Assembly (NCBI GenBank): GCA_963841735.1
Contig: CAWJDT010000001.1
Coordinates: forward strand, 1,344,001-1,408,000
From: an uncultured Actinomycetes bacterium
Lineage (GTDB): Bacteria > Actinomycetota > Thermoleophilia > RBG-16-64-13
Direction of reading: 5' to 3'
Length of the DNA: 64,000 bases
Position numbers and translations under genes: made by a program. Each line of letters opens with the position of its first letter. Position 1 is the first letter of the stretch. Shown in pieces: positions 1 to 9,619 of the stretch. The notes under the pieces were generated by a model that ran no database searches, was not told the origin of the DNA, and saw only the letters and a list, made by a program, of their open reading frames with translations.

Positions 1-435
1 TCAGCCATTGTCGCCACCGTCCTCCTCGACGCCCATGTCGCGCAGCGCGGCCGCCACCTTGTCGAACGCCTCGTCGGTGGTCATCTCGCGGATGTCGAGG
101 GGTACCATGTCTTTCTTCACGTCCATGCCCTCGGCGGCGAACGCGTCGCGGAACATCTTGTTCTGCATGTTGGGGGCGCAGGCGGCGATGACCAGGGGCC
201 GCTTGGCCTGCAGGATATCGGCCAGAAAACGGTCGCCGTCTTCCTCGCACAACTGCGGGTGGATCATCCCGAACTCCACCGGCAACTCGATACGGACCCG
301 GTTGATGAAGTCCCAGATGTCCATCTTCTCGAAACCGGGACACTTGCCGGTGCACACGCACATGATCAGGCCGGGGCGGACCGGCGGGGTGCCGGCCGCG
401 GCTTTTGCTTCAGAGTTCTGTTGGGTGTCGCTCAT
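1..435 (-). CDS. Stand-alone heterodisulfide reductase subunit A-like (HdrA N-terminal-like) protein
   Basis: 144 aa; CVCxGxC, HPQLC and VIAACAP motifs resembling the HdrA N-terminal Cys-rich domain; GGAGG RBS upstream. Confidence 0.7.
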   Translation of the reverse strand: MSDTQQNSEAKAAAGTPPVRPGLIMCVCTGKCPGFEKMDIWDFINRVRIELPVEFGMIHPQLCEEDGDRFLADILQAKRPLVIAACAPNMQNKMFRDAFAAEGMDVKKDMVPLDIREMTTDEAFDKVAAALRDMGVEEDGGDNG

Positions 436-657
436 CGGTCATCTGCCTCCTTGGGCTTGTCCGATCCGGCGTGGATCGCGGCCAAGCATAAGATACCGTT
501 TCATTATAACCGGATAAACGGGTATAAACGAGCCCACCCCAGGCGATGCCTTCGTCGTGGTTGCCAAGGCTGCTTTTCAGGCCATGACCCCGAATAAGGG
601 CGATCACCCCGTTGGGGTATGCGCTGTAGCCCACCAGATCACCCCGGCCTCAGCCTG

Positions 658-1506
658 CTATCGGGGCTTAGTCGCGCAGATGTTGGCCGACAACACGTAG
701 TCCTCCAGCCGGGTCCCCGGCTCCCATTCCCGTATGAACTCCCGGCTTTCTTCCTTGGCGTGGATGTCGATATCCACAAAACCGGCCGCCCGGAGCATCG
801 TCTCCACCTCGTCCACCGTGGCTGCTCCCGAGATGCAGCTCGACAGCGCGTGCATGTCTTCTCGCCATTCTTCAGGCAGTTCCGCCGTGGCTACCACGTC
901 GCTGACCGCGAGGCGTCCGCCCGGCCGCAGCGCCCGGAACGCCTCCCTGAACACCGCCGGCTTATCCGGGGAGAGGTTGATCACACAGTTGGAGATGATC
1001 ACGTCGGCAGTCGCGTCGGCCACCGGCAGGTGCTCGATCTCGCCCAGCCGGAAGTCGACGTTGGCATAGCCCGCCTTGCGCGCGTTGTCGCGGGCCTTGG
1101 TCACCATCTCCGGGGTCATGTCCACCCCGATGACGTTACCGTTGCCCCCAACCGCACGAGCCGCGAGGAAGCAGTCGAAGCCGGCGCCCGCTCCCAAGTC
1201 CAGCACTACTTCACCCGGCTTGAGCGCCGCGATAGCCTGTGGGTTGCCGCACCCCAGCCCCAAGTTGGCGCCTTCGGGCGCCGCCGCCAGCTCTTCCGCG
1301 GTGTAGCCCAGGGTGTGCGAAGTGGCGTTCGCGTCGGAGATCGCTCCAGGAGCCAGCGTCCCGCAGCACGACGAGGACGACCCGCAGCAGCCAGTGCTTG
1401 AGCCCGAGTCCGCTTGGGCGATGCCTGCGTAGCGTGAGCGCACCGCGTCCCGTACGTAGTCCTCACGCGCGCCGTCACCCGCCGCTTTTTGGTCTTGGTC
1501 TTTCAT
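658..1506 (-). CDS. arsM: Arsenite S-adenosylmethionine methyltransferase
   Basis: Start MKDQDQ overlaps acr3 stop (TGATG); CC pairs, [36 protein letters not shown] motifs. Confidence 0.93.
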   Translation of the reverse strand: MKDQDQKAAGDGAREDYVRDAVRSRYAGIAQADSGSSTGCCGSSSSCCGTLAPGAISDANATSHTLGYTAEELAAAPEGANLGLGCGNPQAIAALKPGEVVLDLGAGAGFDCFLAARAVGGNGNVIGVDMTPEMVTKARDNARKAGYANVDFRLGEIEHLPVADATADVIISNCVINLSPDKPAVFREAFRALRPGGRLAVSDVVATAELPEEWREDMHALSSCISGAATVDEVETMLRAAGFVDIDIHAKEESREFIREWEPGTRLEDYVLSANICATKPR

Positions 1507-2576
1507 CACTCCTCCTTGGAGATATGGGAGTCGCCGATCACGGCCGGGACCGGCCAGTATCGCCGCCGGAACCAGAAGGCCACATTCACCAGCCCTATCA
1601 TCACGGGCACCTCCACCAGCGGGCCTATCACGGCCGCGAAAGCCTGGGCCGAGCCCAGCCCGAAGACCGACACCGCTACGGCGATGGCCAGCTCGAAGTT
1701 GTTCGACGCCGCGGTGAAGGCAAGGGTGGTGCTCTTGCCGTAGTCGGCCCCTATCTTCTTGCCCATGTAGAAGCTCACCAGGAACATGATGACGAAGTAG
1801 ATCAAAAGCGGGACGGCCACCCTGAGCACATCCAGAGGCAGTTGCACGATGATCTCGCCCTTGAGCGAGAACATCACCAGGATGGTGAACAGGAGCGCGA
1901 TCAGAGTGATAGGGCTGATGCGGGGGATGAACTGGGTGTGATACCACTCTTTGGTCTTGAACCTCAGCAGCGTGAAGCGGGTGAGAATGCCGGCCGCGAA
2001 GGGGATGCCCAGGTAGATGCCCACGCTCTTCGCGATCTGCCCGATGCTCACGTCTACGGCCACTCCCTCCAGGCCGAACCAACGGGGTAGCACGGTGATG
2101 AACACGTAGGCGTAGACGGAATAGAAGAGTACCTGGAACACCGAGTTGAAGGCCACCAGCCCGGCGGCATATTCGCTGTCGCCCTTAGCCAGCTCGTTCC
2201 AGACGATGACCATGGCGATGCAGCGAGCGAGCCCGATCATGATCACGCCCTGCATGAGGGCCGACTTGTCCGAGAGCAAAAGGATGGCCAGGAAGAACAT
2301 GAGGATGGGACCGATGATCCAGTTCTGCACCAGGGAGAGCACGAGAATCTTCCAATTGCGAAAGACGTCGCCCAGTTCTTCGTAGTGGATCTTGGCCAGG
2401 GGCGGGTACATCATCACGATAAGCCCGATGGCGATGGGGATAGAGGTGGTGCCGATAGAGGCGCGCTCTATCGCCTTGCCGATCTGGGGCCACAAGTACC
2501 CAGCCGCCACCCCGATGCCCATGGCCAGGAAGATCCACAGGGTTAAGAATCGGTCAAGAAATGAAAGACGCTTCAT
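1506..2576 (-). CDS. acr3: ACR3-family arsenite efflux transporter
   Basis: [48 protein letters not shown] motifs; about 10 hydrophobic segments. Confidence 0.95.
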   Translation of the reverse strand: MKRLSFLDRFLTLWIFLAMGIGVAAGYLWPQIGKAIERASIGTTSIPIAIGLIVMMYPPLAKIHYEELGDVFRNWKILVLSLVQNWIIGPILMFFLAILLLSDKSALMQGVIMIGLARCIAMVIVWNELAKGDSEYAAGLVAFNSVFQVLFYSVYAYVFITVLPRWFGLEGVAVDVSIGQIAKSVGIYLGIPFAAGILTRFTLLRFKTKEWYHTQFIPRISPITLIALLFTILVMFSLKGEIIVQLPLDVLRVAVPLLIYFVIMFLVSFYMGKKIGADYGKSTTLAFTAASNNFELAIAVAVSVFGLGSAQAFAAVIGPLVEVPVMIGLVNVAFWFRRRYWPVPAVIGDSHISKEE

Positions 2577-2628
2577 CCGCTGCCTCGCCTTGCGCCGGAA
2601 CAGAGCCGCTGGTCATGTCATGCTCGCG

Positions 2629-2678
2629 TACAACCGCTTGCACGGTTGTATTGTAGCGCGAATCACGTCTGTTGTGGA
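2629..2678 (-). promoter_or_regulatory. Putative acr3-arsM promoter with overlapping inverted-repeat operator
   Basis: Minus strand TCCACA-N17-TACAAT (2678-2650); inverted repeat TACAACCG-N6-CGGTTGTA at 2629-2650. Confidence 0.5.
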
Positions 2679-2691
2679 GGGAAGTGGCCGG

Positions 2692-2856
2692 GCAACTCTG
2701 GACGCCTCGTTCTGCACCCAGGCACTAGAAGAAGCTCTGGATCGTCACGGAGCCCCGGAGATCATGAACACCGACCAAGGCTCTCGGTTTACCTCGGAAT
2801 GTTTCACCGGTCTGCCGCACGCCTCCGGCGTCAAGATCATCATGGACGGCCGGGGC
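2692..2856 (+). pseudogene. IS3-family transposase (integrase core) fragment
   Basis: TLDASFCTQALEEALDRHGAPEIMNTDQGSRFTS...IMDGRG matches IS3 OrfB DDE core; no start, rest of gene or IS ends visible. Confidence 0.8.
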
Positions 2857-2944
2857 GCTGTTTCTTCGGTCGTCAGGAAGCTTTTCTCACCCGCAAGGAG
2901 TCTGCGCAACCGTGGAGCTTTGTTTGGAGTACGCCGGTGCCGTA

Positions 2945-2974
2945 TTGACTTCGTGGTTACGCATTTGATAGTGT
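2945..2974 (+). promoter_or_regulatory. Putative sigma70-type promoter upstream of the secreted-protein gene
   Basis: TTGACT (2945-2950), 18 nt, extended -10 TGa-TAGTGT (2966-2974). Confidence 0.45.
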
Positions 2975-3188
2975 CACACCAAGCCGTAATGGGGTATCAG
3001 CGTTGCCGAACGCGGAGCCACAGAGCCCGGCTCGGGGGGGGGGCGCCTTTGGAGCACAAACAGAGGATTGCCGTAGCGGTCTTGGGCCGAATCGCTGCGA
3101 TTGCCCTCTAGCCGTGCGCGGCTTCAGCATTCTCAACGTCTCCGTGTCGTATCGCGAGATCTCGTTCTACAATGGGAGAGAGTGAGAG

Positions 3189-3599
3189 ATGAAGAAGACT
3201 GTCTTGGTTCTGATCCTTTGCATCGCGTTTCTGCTTGCGGCTGCGGCTCCCGCCCTAGCCGACATCTACTACAGCGGGAACTGCTATCACTACTTCAACA
3301 CCTCCTACACCGACGAGGCTTTCGAAGTGGGCAAAGTGGTGATGGTGCAGGCTACGCAGTACAGGATAACTGGCCCGACGGCGAGCGTCTTGTATCAGCT
3401 CTACAATGCCCAAGGATATCAGTCCAGTGATGCTGATTGGCTTGGGGGGAACTGCACGGGAGTCGCCTGGTTGACTCCCAAGTGGACCACAATCTCATAT
3501 CTCCGTGTCACGAATCTCAACTGGACAAGTAGCAACCCTTACGGCAGCAGAATCCACTCCGATGGAGCTGTCTGGAATAACACCGTTCCAGCAGACTGA
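3189..3599 (+). CDS. Secreted hypothetical protein
   Basis: Sec signal MKK-hydrophobic-ALA|D; Tyr/Thr/Asn-rich mature part with two Cys; RBS upstream. Confidence 0.75.
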   Translation: MKKTVLVLILCIAFLLAAAAPALADIYYSGNCYHYFNTSYTDEAFEVGKVVMVQATQYRITGPTASVLYQLYNAQGYQSSDADWLGGNCTGVAWLTPKWTTISYLRVTNLNWTSSNPYGSRIHSDGAVWNNTVPAD

Positions 3600-3625
3600 G
3601 CATCGGCTATTCGTAGGTGAGTTCG

Positions 3626-3656
3626 CCCGGAGGGGGCCGTTGAGGCCCCCTCCGGG
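3626..3656 (+). terminator. GC-rich hairpin after the secreted-protein gene
   Basis: Perfect 13-bp stem CCCGGAGGGGGCC / GGCCCCCTCCGGG, 5-nt loop; no U-tract. Confidence 0.55.
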
Positions 3657-3812
3657 TAACGAGGCCCCGTTGCGGCGGGCATCAGCATAGGGATATCCCC
3701 ACATGTGATGGGATGGCTTACGAGTGCTAGGGGGAGGCATTGCACAGGCGTTCACTACAGCTCAACTTGTCCGGGGCGGGTCTCGGCCCTTCTTGGAGGT
3801 AATGGAGGTTCG

Positions 3813-5189
3813 ATGCGCGGCACGCGGTTTGCCACGATTTTTGTCCTGCTAGCTGTTCTGTTTGCTGGCCTAGGCCAGGCATGCTCCGACACCGCAGACG
3901 GCAGCACCCTTACGCTTGGCTGCGTCACGCGGGAACAGGCCGACGCGCTGGAGAGTCTGGTGGTGAAGCCGTATCTGGCCGAGAACCCGGATGCGCGCAT
4001 CCGGGTGGTCTGCCTTTATGAAGACAGCAGTGAGATGCCCGCTGACATTGACGCGACCCTTCCCGACAAGATCGCCGCCGGGCTGAAGAACGACTTCGAT
4101 GTGTTTGCCGGGCTCTCTGCCGAAGGTTTGGGCAAGTTGGTGGAGCAAGGGATCGTCGCCGGACTGGACACCTATCTCGAGCGGACTCCAGAAGTTGTGG
4201 AGAACATGGCGCTTCCGGTAGAGTCCATCCTGCGAGCAGAGGGTGACGGCAAGCTCTATGCTGTGGCGCCGGCCTTCTATGGTATGGCCCTAGCCTACAA
4301 TGCGGACATGTTCGACGCAGCAGGGGTCAAGTATCCCCAGGGTCTCTTGACTTGGGAGGAGGCTTTCAATCTGGGGCAAGAGGTTGCCACAAAGACCCCC
4401 GGCCGAGTGGCAGCCTTCTCGTTCGGCCCTGGGCGGGGGGAAGCAGGCTTCTGCGACACCTTCTTGCAGCACGTCCCGAGTGCCGGCGTGTACGTGATCG
4501 ACGGCGATCAAGTGGCCGTTGACGGGCGGTTTGCCGAGCTTTGGGATTTGTTCATGGACGCCGAAGTGCGTTACGCTCTGTCGAAGGACGGCGATGCATT
4601 CTGGCGCGGCGAGACTGCTCTTGCCCTTATTTACAACGGGCAAGTGGACGACCCGGCCACTTTTCAATCGGCGCCCACGTACACTCGGTTCAGGTGGGAC
4701 ATAGCGGAGCCCCCGGTCTTCGACAAGGCGCGGCCGGTGTCGTATGCGGGCATCTCGAACACTTTTGTCATGTCATCGTCCAGCAACCTAAAGGAAGAGG
4801 CATGGGGGTTTCTGGAGTATGTCTCCGGGCCACAACTGGGCGAGAGTATCGCGGCAATGAAGAACCCTGGTATGCCGTTCGGTGGGAGTCTACCCTCCTG
4901 CGTCACGGACGAGATGTTCGTGGCCATGAAGACTCGTGTGGACAAGAACTACGAGAGCTTCTATGTGTATGCGGCGCCTAGGGCGCGTGCATACCCGCGC
5001 AACCTCGGTGGTGCCAACTACGTGTTCACCCTTCTGGATAGACTGATGTACGAGACTCTGAACGGCCGCCTCGACGGGGCGGAAGTCGCCGCCATAATCA
5101 ACGAGCGTGGTCCGGGGCTGCTGGCGTCGACTGAGGTGGTTGACCCCATGGAGAATCCCGAGGCTTTACGGGATCTCATTGGGTTTTGA
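3813..5189 (+). CDS. Extracellular solute-binding lipoprotein (ABC SBP family 1-like), orphan
   Basis: GGAGG RBS, signal ending in QAC; LAYNADMFDAAGV, TWEE, KEEAWGFLEY motifs of sugar-type SBPs; no permease genes adjacent. Confidence 0.8.
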   Translation: MRGTRFATIFVLLAVLFAGLGQACSDTADGSTLTLGCVTREQADALESLVVKPYLAENPDARIRVVCLYEDSSEMPADIDATLPDKIAAGLKNDFDVFAGLSAEGLGKLVEQGIVAGLDTYLERTPEVVENMALPVESILRAEGDGKLYAVAPAFYGMALAYNADMFDAAGVKYPQGLLTWEEAFNLGQEVATKTPGRVAAFSFGPGRGEAGFCDTFLQHVPSAGVYVIDGDQVAVDGRFAELWDLFMDAEVRYALSKDGDAFWRGETALALIYNGQVDDPATFQSAPTYTRFRWDIAEPPVFDKARPVSYAGISNTFVMSSSSNLKEEAWGFLEYVSGPQLGESIAAMKNPGMPFGGSLPSCVTDEMFVAMKTRVDKNYESFYVYAAPRARAYPRNLGGANYVFTLLDRLMYETLNGRLDGAEVAAIINERGPGLLASTEVVDPMENPEALRDLIGF

Positions 5190-5591
5190 CTTGGCACGTC
5201 TTCGGCGGTTTGCTCGGCTAGGGAGGACAGTCGGAGAGCAGCGCGGGTTGCACAACTAACTAGGCCGCGAGTGTCTCTCTGTGCAATGCGTAGAGATGAT
5301 CCGGATCGTTGATGTGCTCGCCGGTGGACTCCAGCACGTAGGTGCGGGGTCCCCCGGGCGGAGCGCCTCGGCAAACGGGGCCGAACAACGTGGCTGGCCT
5401 TCTTCGCGCAGGTCTACCTTGAGCCCTTGGTGAAGGTAGAAGACGAGTGTGCGTTCCCACCACTGTCCGCGCCCCATCTCGCTTCCGTCGGGGCCGAACA
5501 CTGTGATGTCGAGAAAGACGGTCTCGCCGATAGCCGAAGGGTCCGTGTTGTAAAATGCTACCTGCGCATCCCCCGCAGGTAGTCCGGCTAG

Positions 5592-6494
5592 CTACTCGTT
5601 CGCCCGGTAGTACGCCGCCCACTTGGCGTCCACCTGGGCCTGGATATCGGCGATCTTGTCGTCGGTGAGCAGTTTGAAGCGCGCCTGAGGCTTAAGGTAG
5701 TCGGCTACGGGCACCAACTGCCGCTTTTCCAGGAGCTTCTCCGAAGCGCCGGTGAGCCGGAACTCGCCCTGCACCACCTCGTACAGATCGAAGTAGCCCG
5801 TCTCCACAGCCAGCCGGCCCAGCTTTATGCTGTAGCGCGGGTCGAAGCCCCAGCCCGGTGGGCAGGGCGTGTGGATGTGGATGTACTTGGTGCCCTTTAG
5901 GGTGAGGGCCTTCTTGATCTTGTCGTAGAGGTCGAGCGGGTAGGCCCCCGAGGCAGTGGCCACGTAGTCGATGCCGTGCGCGGCCATGATGGCCGGCACG
6001 TCCTTCTTCTGCTGCAGCTTGCCCTTGATGGGGGTGGTGGCGGTGATGGCTCCCTGGGGTGTGGTGCCCGAGCGCTGCACCCCGGTGTTCATGTAGCCTT
6101 CGTTGTCGTAGCAGATGAAGAGGAAGTCGTCGCCGCGCTCGGCCGCGCCCGAGAGCGCCTGGATGCCGATGTCGGCGGTGCCGCCGTCGCCGGCCCACGC
6201 CACCACCTTGGTGTGTTCCCTGCCCTGGGCCTTGAGGGCCTCGAGCACGCCTGTGGCCGCCGCCGCCGTGGAGGCGAACGTCACGTTGAGGCAAGGCAGC
6301 TTGGTGGAGGCTACCGGGAAGAGACCTTGTAGCACTGTGAGGCAACTGGGCGGCACCACCAGGATGGTGTCGGGCCCCAGGGCCTTCAGGCCGATGCGGT
6401 AGGCGATGCTGAGGCCGCAGCCCGTGCAGGCTCGGTTGCCCGGGTACACGTACTCCTCTTTGGGGAGCGCGAGGATGGTGGTCTTGGTGCTCAC
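5592..6494 (-). CDS. porB: Pyruvate/2-oxoacid:ferredoxin oxidoreductase beta (TPP-binding) subunit
   Basis: ACxGC, AGDGGTADIG, YDNEGYMNTGVQRS, PCPPGW motifs. Confidence 0.9.
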   Translation of the reverse strand: MSTKTTILALPKEEYVYPGNRACTGCGLSIAYRIGLKALGPDTILVVPPSCLTVLQGLFPVASTKLPCLNVTFASTAAAATGVLEALKAQGREHTKVVAWAGDGGTADIGIQALSGAAERGDDFLFICYDNEGYMNTGVQRSGTTPQGAITATTPIKGKLQQKKDVPAIMAAHGIDYVATASGAYPLDLYDKIKKALTLKGTKYIHIHTPCPPGWGFDPRYSIKLGRLAVETGYFDLYEVVQGEFRLTGASEKLLEKRQLVPVADYLKPQARFKLLTDDKIADIQAQVDAKWAAYYRANE

Positions 6495-7702
6495 AGCTTG
6501 TTCCCTATCCAGACGGGCCCATCTTGCAGCGTGCCATTGACGGCGGCGCGCAGGGTGTCGGTGAGGTCGGGGGTGCGGATGTCGCGGCCGCCGATGCCGG
6601 CGATGAGGCCCTTGACTGGGGGCGCCGCGCTGCCGCCGGCGGCGCGGCTCAGCAGTTGCCCGTAGAGGGCGGCCTTGACGTCGGAGCAGAGGGCTCCCTC
6701 GTAGCCATAGGAGAGAGCCTTTTCTATGACAAACACCCCCTGGGCATGCCGCACGGCCTGGGCCAGGGCCTCGTCGGGGAAGGGCCGGTAGAGCCTCACT
6801 CCTAGCACGCCCAGCTTGAGCCCCTCGGCCCGCAGGGTCTCGACCACGTCGCGCAACTGGTAGGTGAGCGAGCCAAGGCCGACGACGATGTACTCGGCGT
6901 CGTCACAGCGGTAGGGCTCCAGAAGGGCGTCGCCGCCCCGGCCGAAGACCGCCTTGAAGTCATCTTCAACCTGTTGGGCGACGGTGAGGGCGCCGCGCAG
7001 GTCTTCCTGCAACAGATAGCGGATCTCCATGTAGCCGTGGGCCATCTCGCCCGTGGTGTCCATGCGCACGTCGGGCAGGGTGACGGTATTGAGGTTGGCC
7101 GGATTGGCGGGATCTAGAGCATAGGAGGGCTTGAATGGCTTCAGGAAGCGAGAGACATTCTCGGCCTCTGGAACCTCGAAAGGCATGTAGGTGTGCGAGA
7201 GCAGATAGCCGTCGTAGCAGACCATGACGGGGATGCTCACGGTCTCGGCCAGGGCGAAGGCTTTGAGTACGGTGTCGATGATCTGCTGGTGATCGCAGCA
7301 GTACATCTGGATCCAGCCGGTGTCGCGCTGCGAGATGGAGTCTTGGTGGTCGTTCCAGATGCACCACGGGGCTCCCACGGCGCGGTTGACCACGCACATC
7401 ACCAGGGGGAGCCTGGCGCCCGCCGCCCAGTGGATCTGCTCGTGCATGTAGAGCAGGCCGTTGGCGCTGGTGGCGGTAAACGCCCGCGCGCCCGTGGAAC
7501 TCGCGGCGATGCAGGCCGCCAAGGCGGAGTGTTCGCTCTCCACGGGGATGTACTGTGCCTTCATCTCGCCGGCCTCGATGAGTTCCGAGAGTTTCTCGGT
7601 GAGGGGGGTCTGTGGGGTGATGGGGTAGGCTGCGATAACCTGGGCTTGGGCCAGCTTGACCCCCAAGGCCGCCGCGACGTTGCCGTTCTCGATTATGTGC
7701 AT
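6491..7702 (-). CDS. porA: Pyruvate/2-oxoacid:ferredoxin oxidoreductase alpha subunit
   Basis: AYPITPQT, VESEHSA, FTATSANGL, RDTGWIQ, YRPFP motifs. Confidence 0.9.
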   Translation of the reverse strand: MHIIENGNVAAALGVKLAQAQVIAAYPITPQTPLTEKLSELIEAGEMKAQYIPVESEHSALAACIAASSTGARAFTATSANGLLYMHEQIHWAAGARLPLVMCVVNRAVGAPWCIWNDHQDSISQRDTGWIQMYCCDHQQIIDTVLKAFALAETVSIPVMVCYDGYLLSHTYMPFEVPEAENVSRFLKPFKPSYALDPANPANLNTVTLPDVRMDTTGEMAHGYMEIRYLLQEDLRGALTVAQQVEDDFKAVFGRGGDALLEPYRCDDAEYIVVGLGSLTYQLRDVVETLRAEGLKLGVLGVRLYRPFPDEALAQAVRHAQGVFVIEKALSYGYEGALCSDVKAALYGQLLSRAAGGSAAPPVKGLIAGIGGRDIRTPDLTDTLRAAVNGTLQDGPVWIGNKL

Positions 7703-8071
7703 GGCCGCGGTCCTTCGGTTGAGCAGGCTTCGGGGATGTCGGCGCCCTCGGCGGGTAGCGCGGCGCCGTCACCGGCGCCGTCGGCGGCGGCCTCGTCGAC
7801 CATGGTGATGGCCTTGGTGGGGCACTCCTCGGCGCAGATGGCGCAGCCCTTGCAGTACTCGTAGTCGATGGTGGGCGGGAATGGTGCGCGAGATCACGCA
7901 GTCGGGGCAGTAGAGCCAGCAGATGAAGCAGGCCTCGGTGCCCCGCTTGGCCGGGGTGCAGCGTTCCAGGTCGATGACCGGGCGCTGGACGCGCCAGGAG
8001 CCGGTCTTGCCGCCGTCGCCGGGGCCGGACAGGCTGTGTGAAGTCTTGAACCGGTATTCTCGGGTGCCCAT
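7693..8071 (-). pseudogene. porD: 2-oxoacid:ferredoxin oxidoreductase delta subunit (2x[4Fe-4S]) with one frameshift
   Basis: KTGSWR..RP..CFICWLYCPD in one frame, IDYEYCKGCAICAEECP in the next; one extra base in the C-run (forward GGG 7877-7879); restored ORF ends at TAA 7693-7695. Confidence 0.85.
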
Positions 8072-8694
8072 CAGTCGCCTCCGCCGGCGGGCTTCGCGCC
8101 GCCGCCTGTGTCGCCGCCGGCCGCGCCGCCCGCGCCGGCCGCGTCGCCGCCGCTCACGGTCGTCTTGCCGTAGGCCAGCCGGGCGGCCTGGGAGTTGGCT
8201 TGCGGCCGCTTAGTCTTGAACTCGGCCTCGATCTCGGCGAGCACCAGGTCGAACGGCACGATGTCGAACGCCCGGCACAGCGATCCGATGATGCCTGAGT
8301 TCACTACACCGCGTGGCAGCCCCGCCTCGACGGCCAAGGTGGTGACGTCGGCCACGGCCAGCCGCATGCCGGCGAAGTCATAGGCCGAAGCGGGCTTCGG
8401 GGTGTTCAGCACGATGAGCCCGCCGGGCTTCAGCCCGCTGGTGACATCCGCCTCGGTCAGAAGCAGATGGTCCAGTACCACCACGATGTCGGGAGTCTCG
8501 ATGGGAGAGATGTCGTAGATCTTCTCTTTGGATAGCTTGAGCGAGGTGAAGACCGGAGCTCCGCGCCTTTCGGTGCCGAACGTGGGGGCCATGACCACCC
8601 CGGTGTATCCGGACTTGAACGCCGCCGTGGCGAATATCTTCGCCGCGGTGATGGCGCCCTGCCCTCCTCTGCCGTGCCAACGTAACTCGATCAT
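8071..8694 (-). CDS. porG: Pyruvate/2-oxoacid:ferredoxin oxidoreductase gamma subunit
   Basis: MIELRWHGRGGQGA, FGTERRGAPV, PDIVVVLD motifs. Confidence 0.9.
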   Translation of the reverse strand: MIELRWHGRGGQGAITAAKIFATAAFKSGYTGVVMAPTFGTERRGAPVFTSLKLSKEKIYDISPIETPDIVVVLDHLLLTEADVTSGLKPGGLIVLNTPKPASAYDFAGMRLAVADVTTLAVEAGLPRGVVNSGIIGSLCRAFDIVPFDLVLAEIEAEFKTKRPQANSQAARLAYGKTTVSGGDAAGAGGAAGGDTGGGAKPAGGGD

Positions 8695-8848
8695 GCAGTC
8701 TTCCTACTGTGTCGCGAACGCGCGTGCGAGGTATTCTAACTTGCCTTCGGCATCCGCGGGGCTTTTTCGAACTGGTTTCAAGATGAAGCTCCGCCGCAAG
8801 GGACGCCTTGGGCATGCGCGAGAGAAGGATCGAGGGAGCGTGAATAGC

Positions 8849-9619
8849 ATGCATATCGACATCAAGACATCCGAGGGGGTGGCTCTCCTCACCATCAACC
8901 GGCCTGACGTGCTGAACGCCATGGACGGCGCTCTGCTCGATGAGTTGTCCGAGGCTCTGGAGCGGGTGCGGGAAGATGACGAGGTGCGGGTGCTCGTGAT
9001 CACGGGCAGCGGGCGGGCTTTCATAGCCGGCGCGGACATCGCTCACATGCGCACCCTCACTCCTCAGCAGGCCAAGGAGTGGTCGGAATTCGGCCAACGC
9101 ACGGTGGGCATGATCGAGAGCATGAAGAAGCCTGTCATCGCGGCCATCAACGGTTACGCGCTGGGCGGGGGCACCGAGTTGGCTCTGGCCTGCGATATCA
9201 GGGTGGCCTCCGACAAGGCCGTGTTCGGCCAGCCCGAGGTCAAGTTGGGCATGATCGCCGGATTCGGGGGTACGCAGCGGTTGCCCCGGCTGGTGGGCCC
9301 CGGCAGAGCCAAGGAGATGCTCTTCACCGGCGATCACTACGACGCCCAGGCGGCCTATCAGATGGGCTTGGTGAACAAAGTCGTCCCGGCGGATGAGCTC
9401 TTGGACTATTGCCTGGCTATGGCCAAGAGGATCGCCACTCGGGGTACGGAGGCCGTCAGTCTAAGCAAGGAAGCGGTGAACAAGGGTCTCGATCTAGCGT
9501 TGGAGCAGGCGCTCGAGTTGGAATCCGATTTGTATGGCGCGGTGTTCTCCAGCGGTGAACCCGTCGAGGGTTGTGGTGCGTTTCTAGAGAAAAGGGAGCC
9601 AAAGTGGACTTCGAGCTAA
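8849..9619 (+). CDS. Enoyl-CoA hydratase (crotonase family)
   Basis: INRPDVLNA, AFIAGADI, AAINGYALGGGTELALACD, GQPEVKLG, GGTQRLPRLVG. Confidence 0.92.
   Translation: MHIDIKTSEGVALLTINRPDVLNAMDGALLDELSEALERVREDDEVRVLVITGSGRAFIAGADIAHMRTLTPQQAKEWSEFGQRTVGMIESMKKPVIAAINGYALGGGTELALACDIRVASDKAVFGQPEVKLGMIAGFGGTQRLPRLVGPGRAKEMLFTGDHYDAQAAYQMGLVNKVVPADELLDYCLAMAKRIATRGTEAVSLSKEAVNKGLDLALEQALELESDLYGAVFSSGEPVEGCGAFLEKREPKWTSS

Noticed and set aside
2629-2650. ars palindrome as another copy of the SatD-associated repeat
   Set aside because: Both have TACAA...TTGTA, but spacing differs (N12 versus N10) and inner bases do not match
2980-3188. c-di-AMP (ydaO)-like riboswitch in the leader (TTGCCGAA...GGGG)
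   Set aside because: The downstream conserved CCGAACCCGTCAGCTAAC-type block is absent
5256-5580. Possible small frameshifted gene downstream of porB
   Set aside because: Protein-like text but no clear start/RBS and no family I recognise
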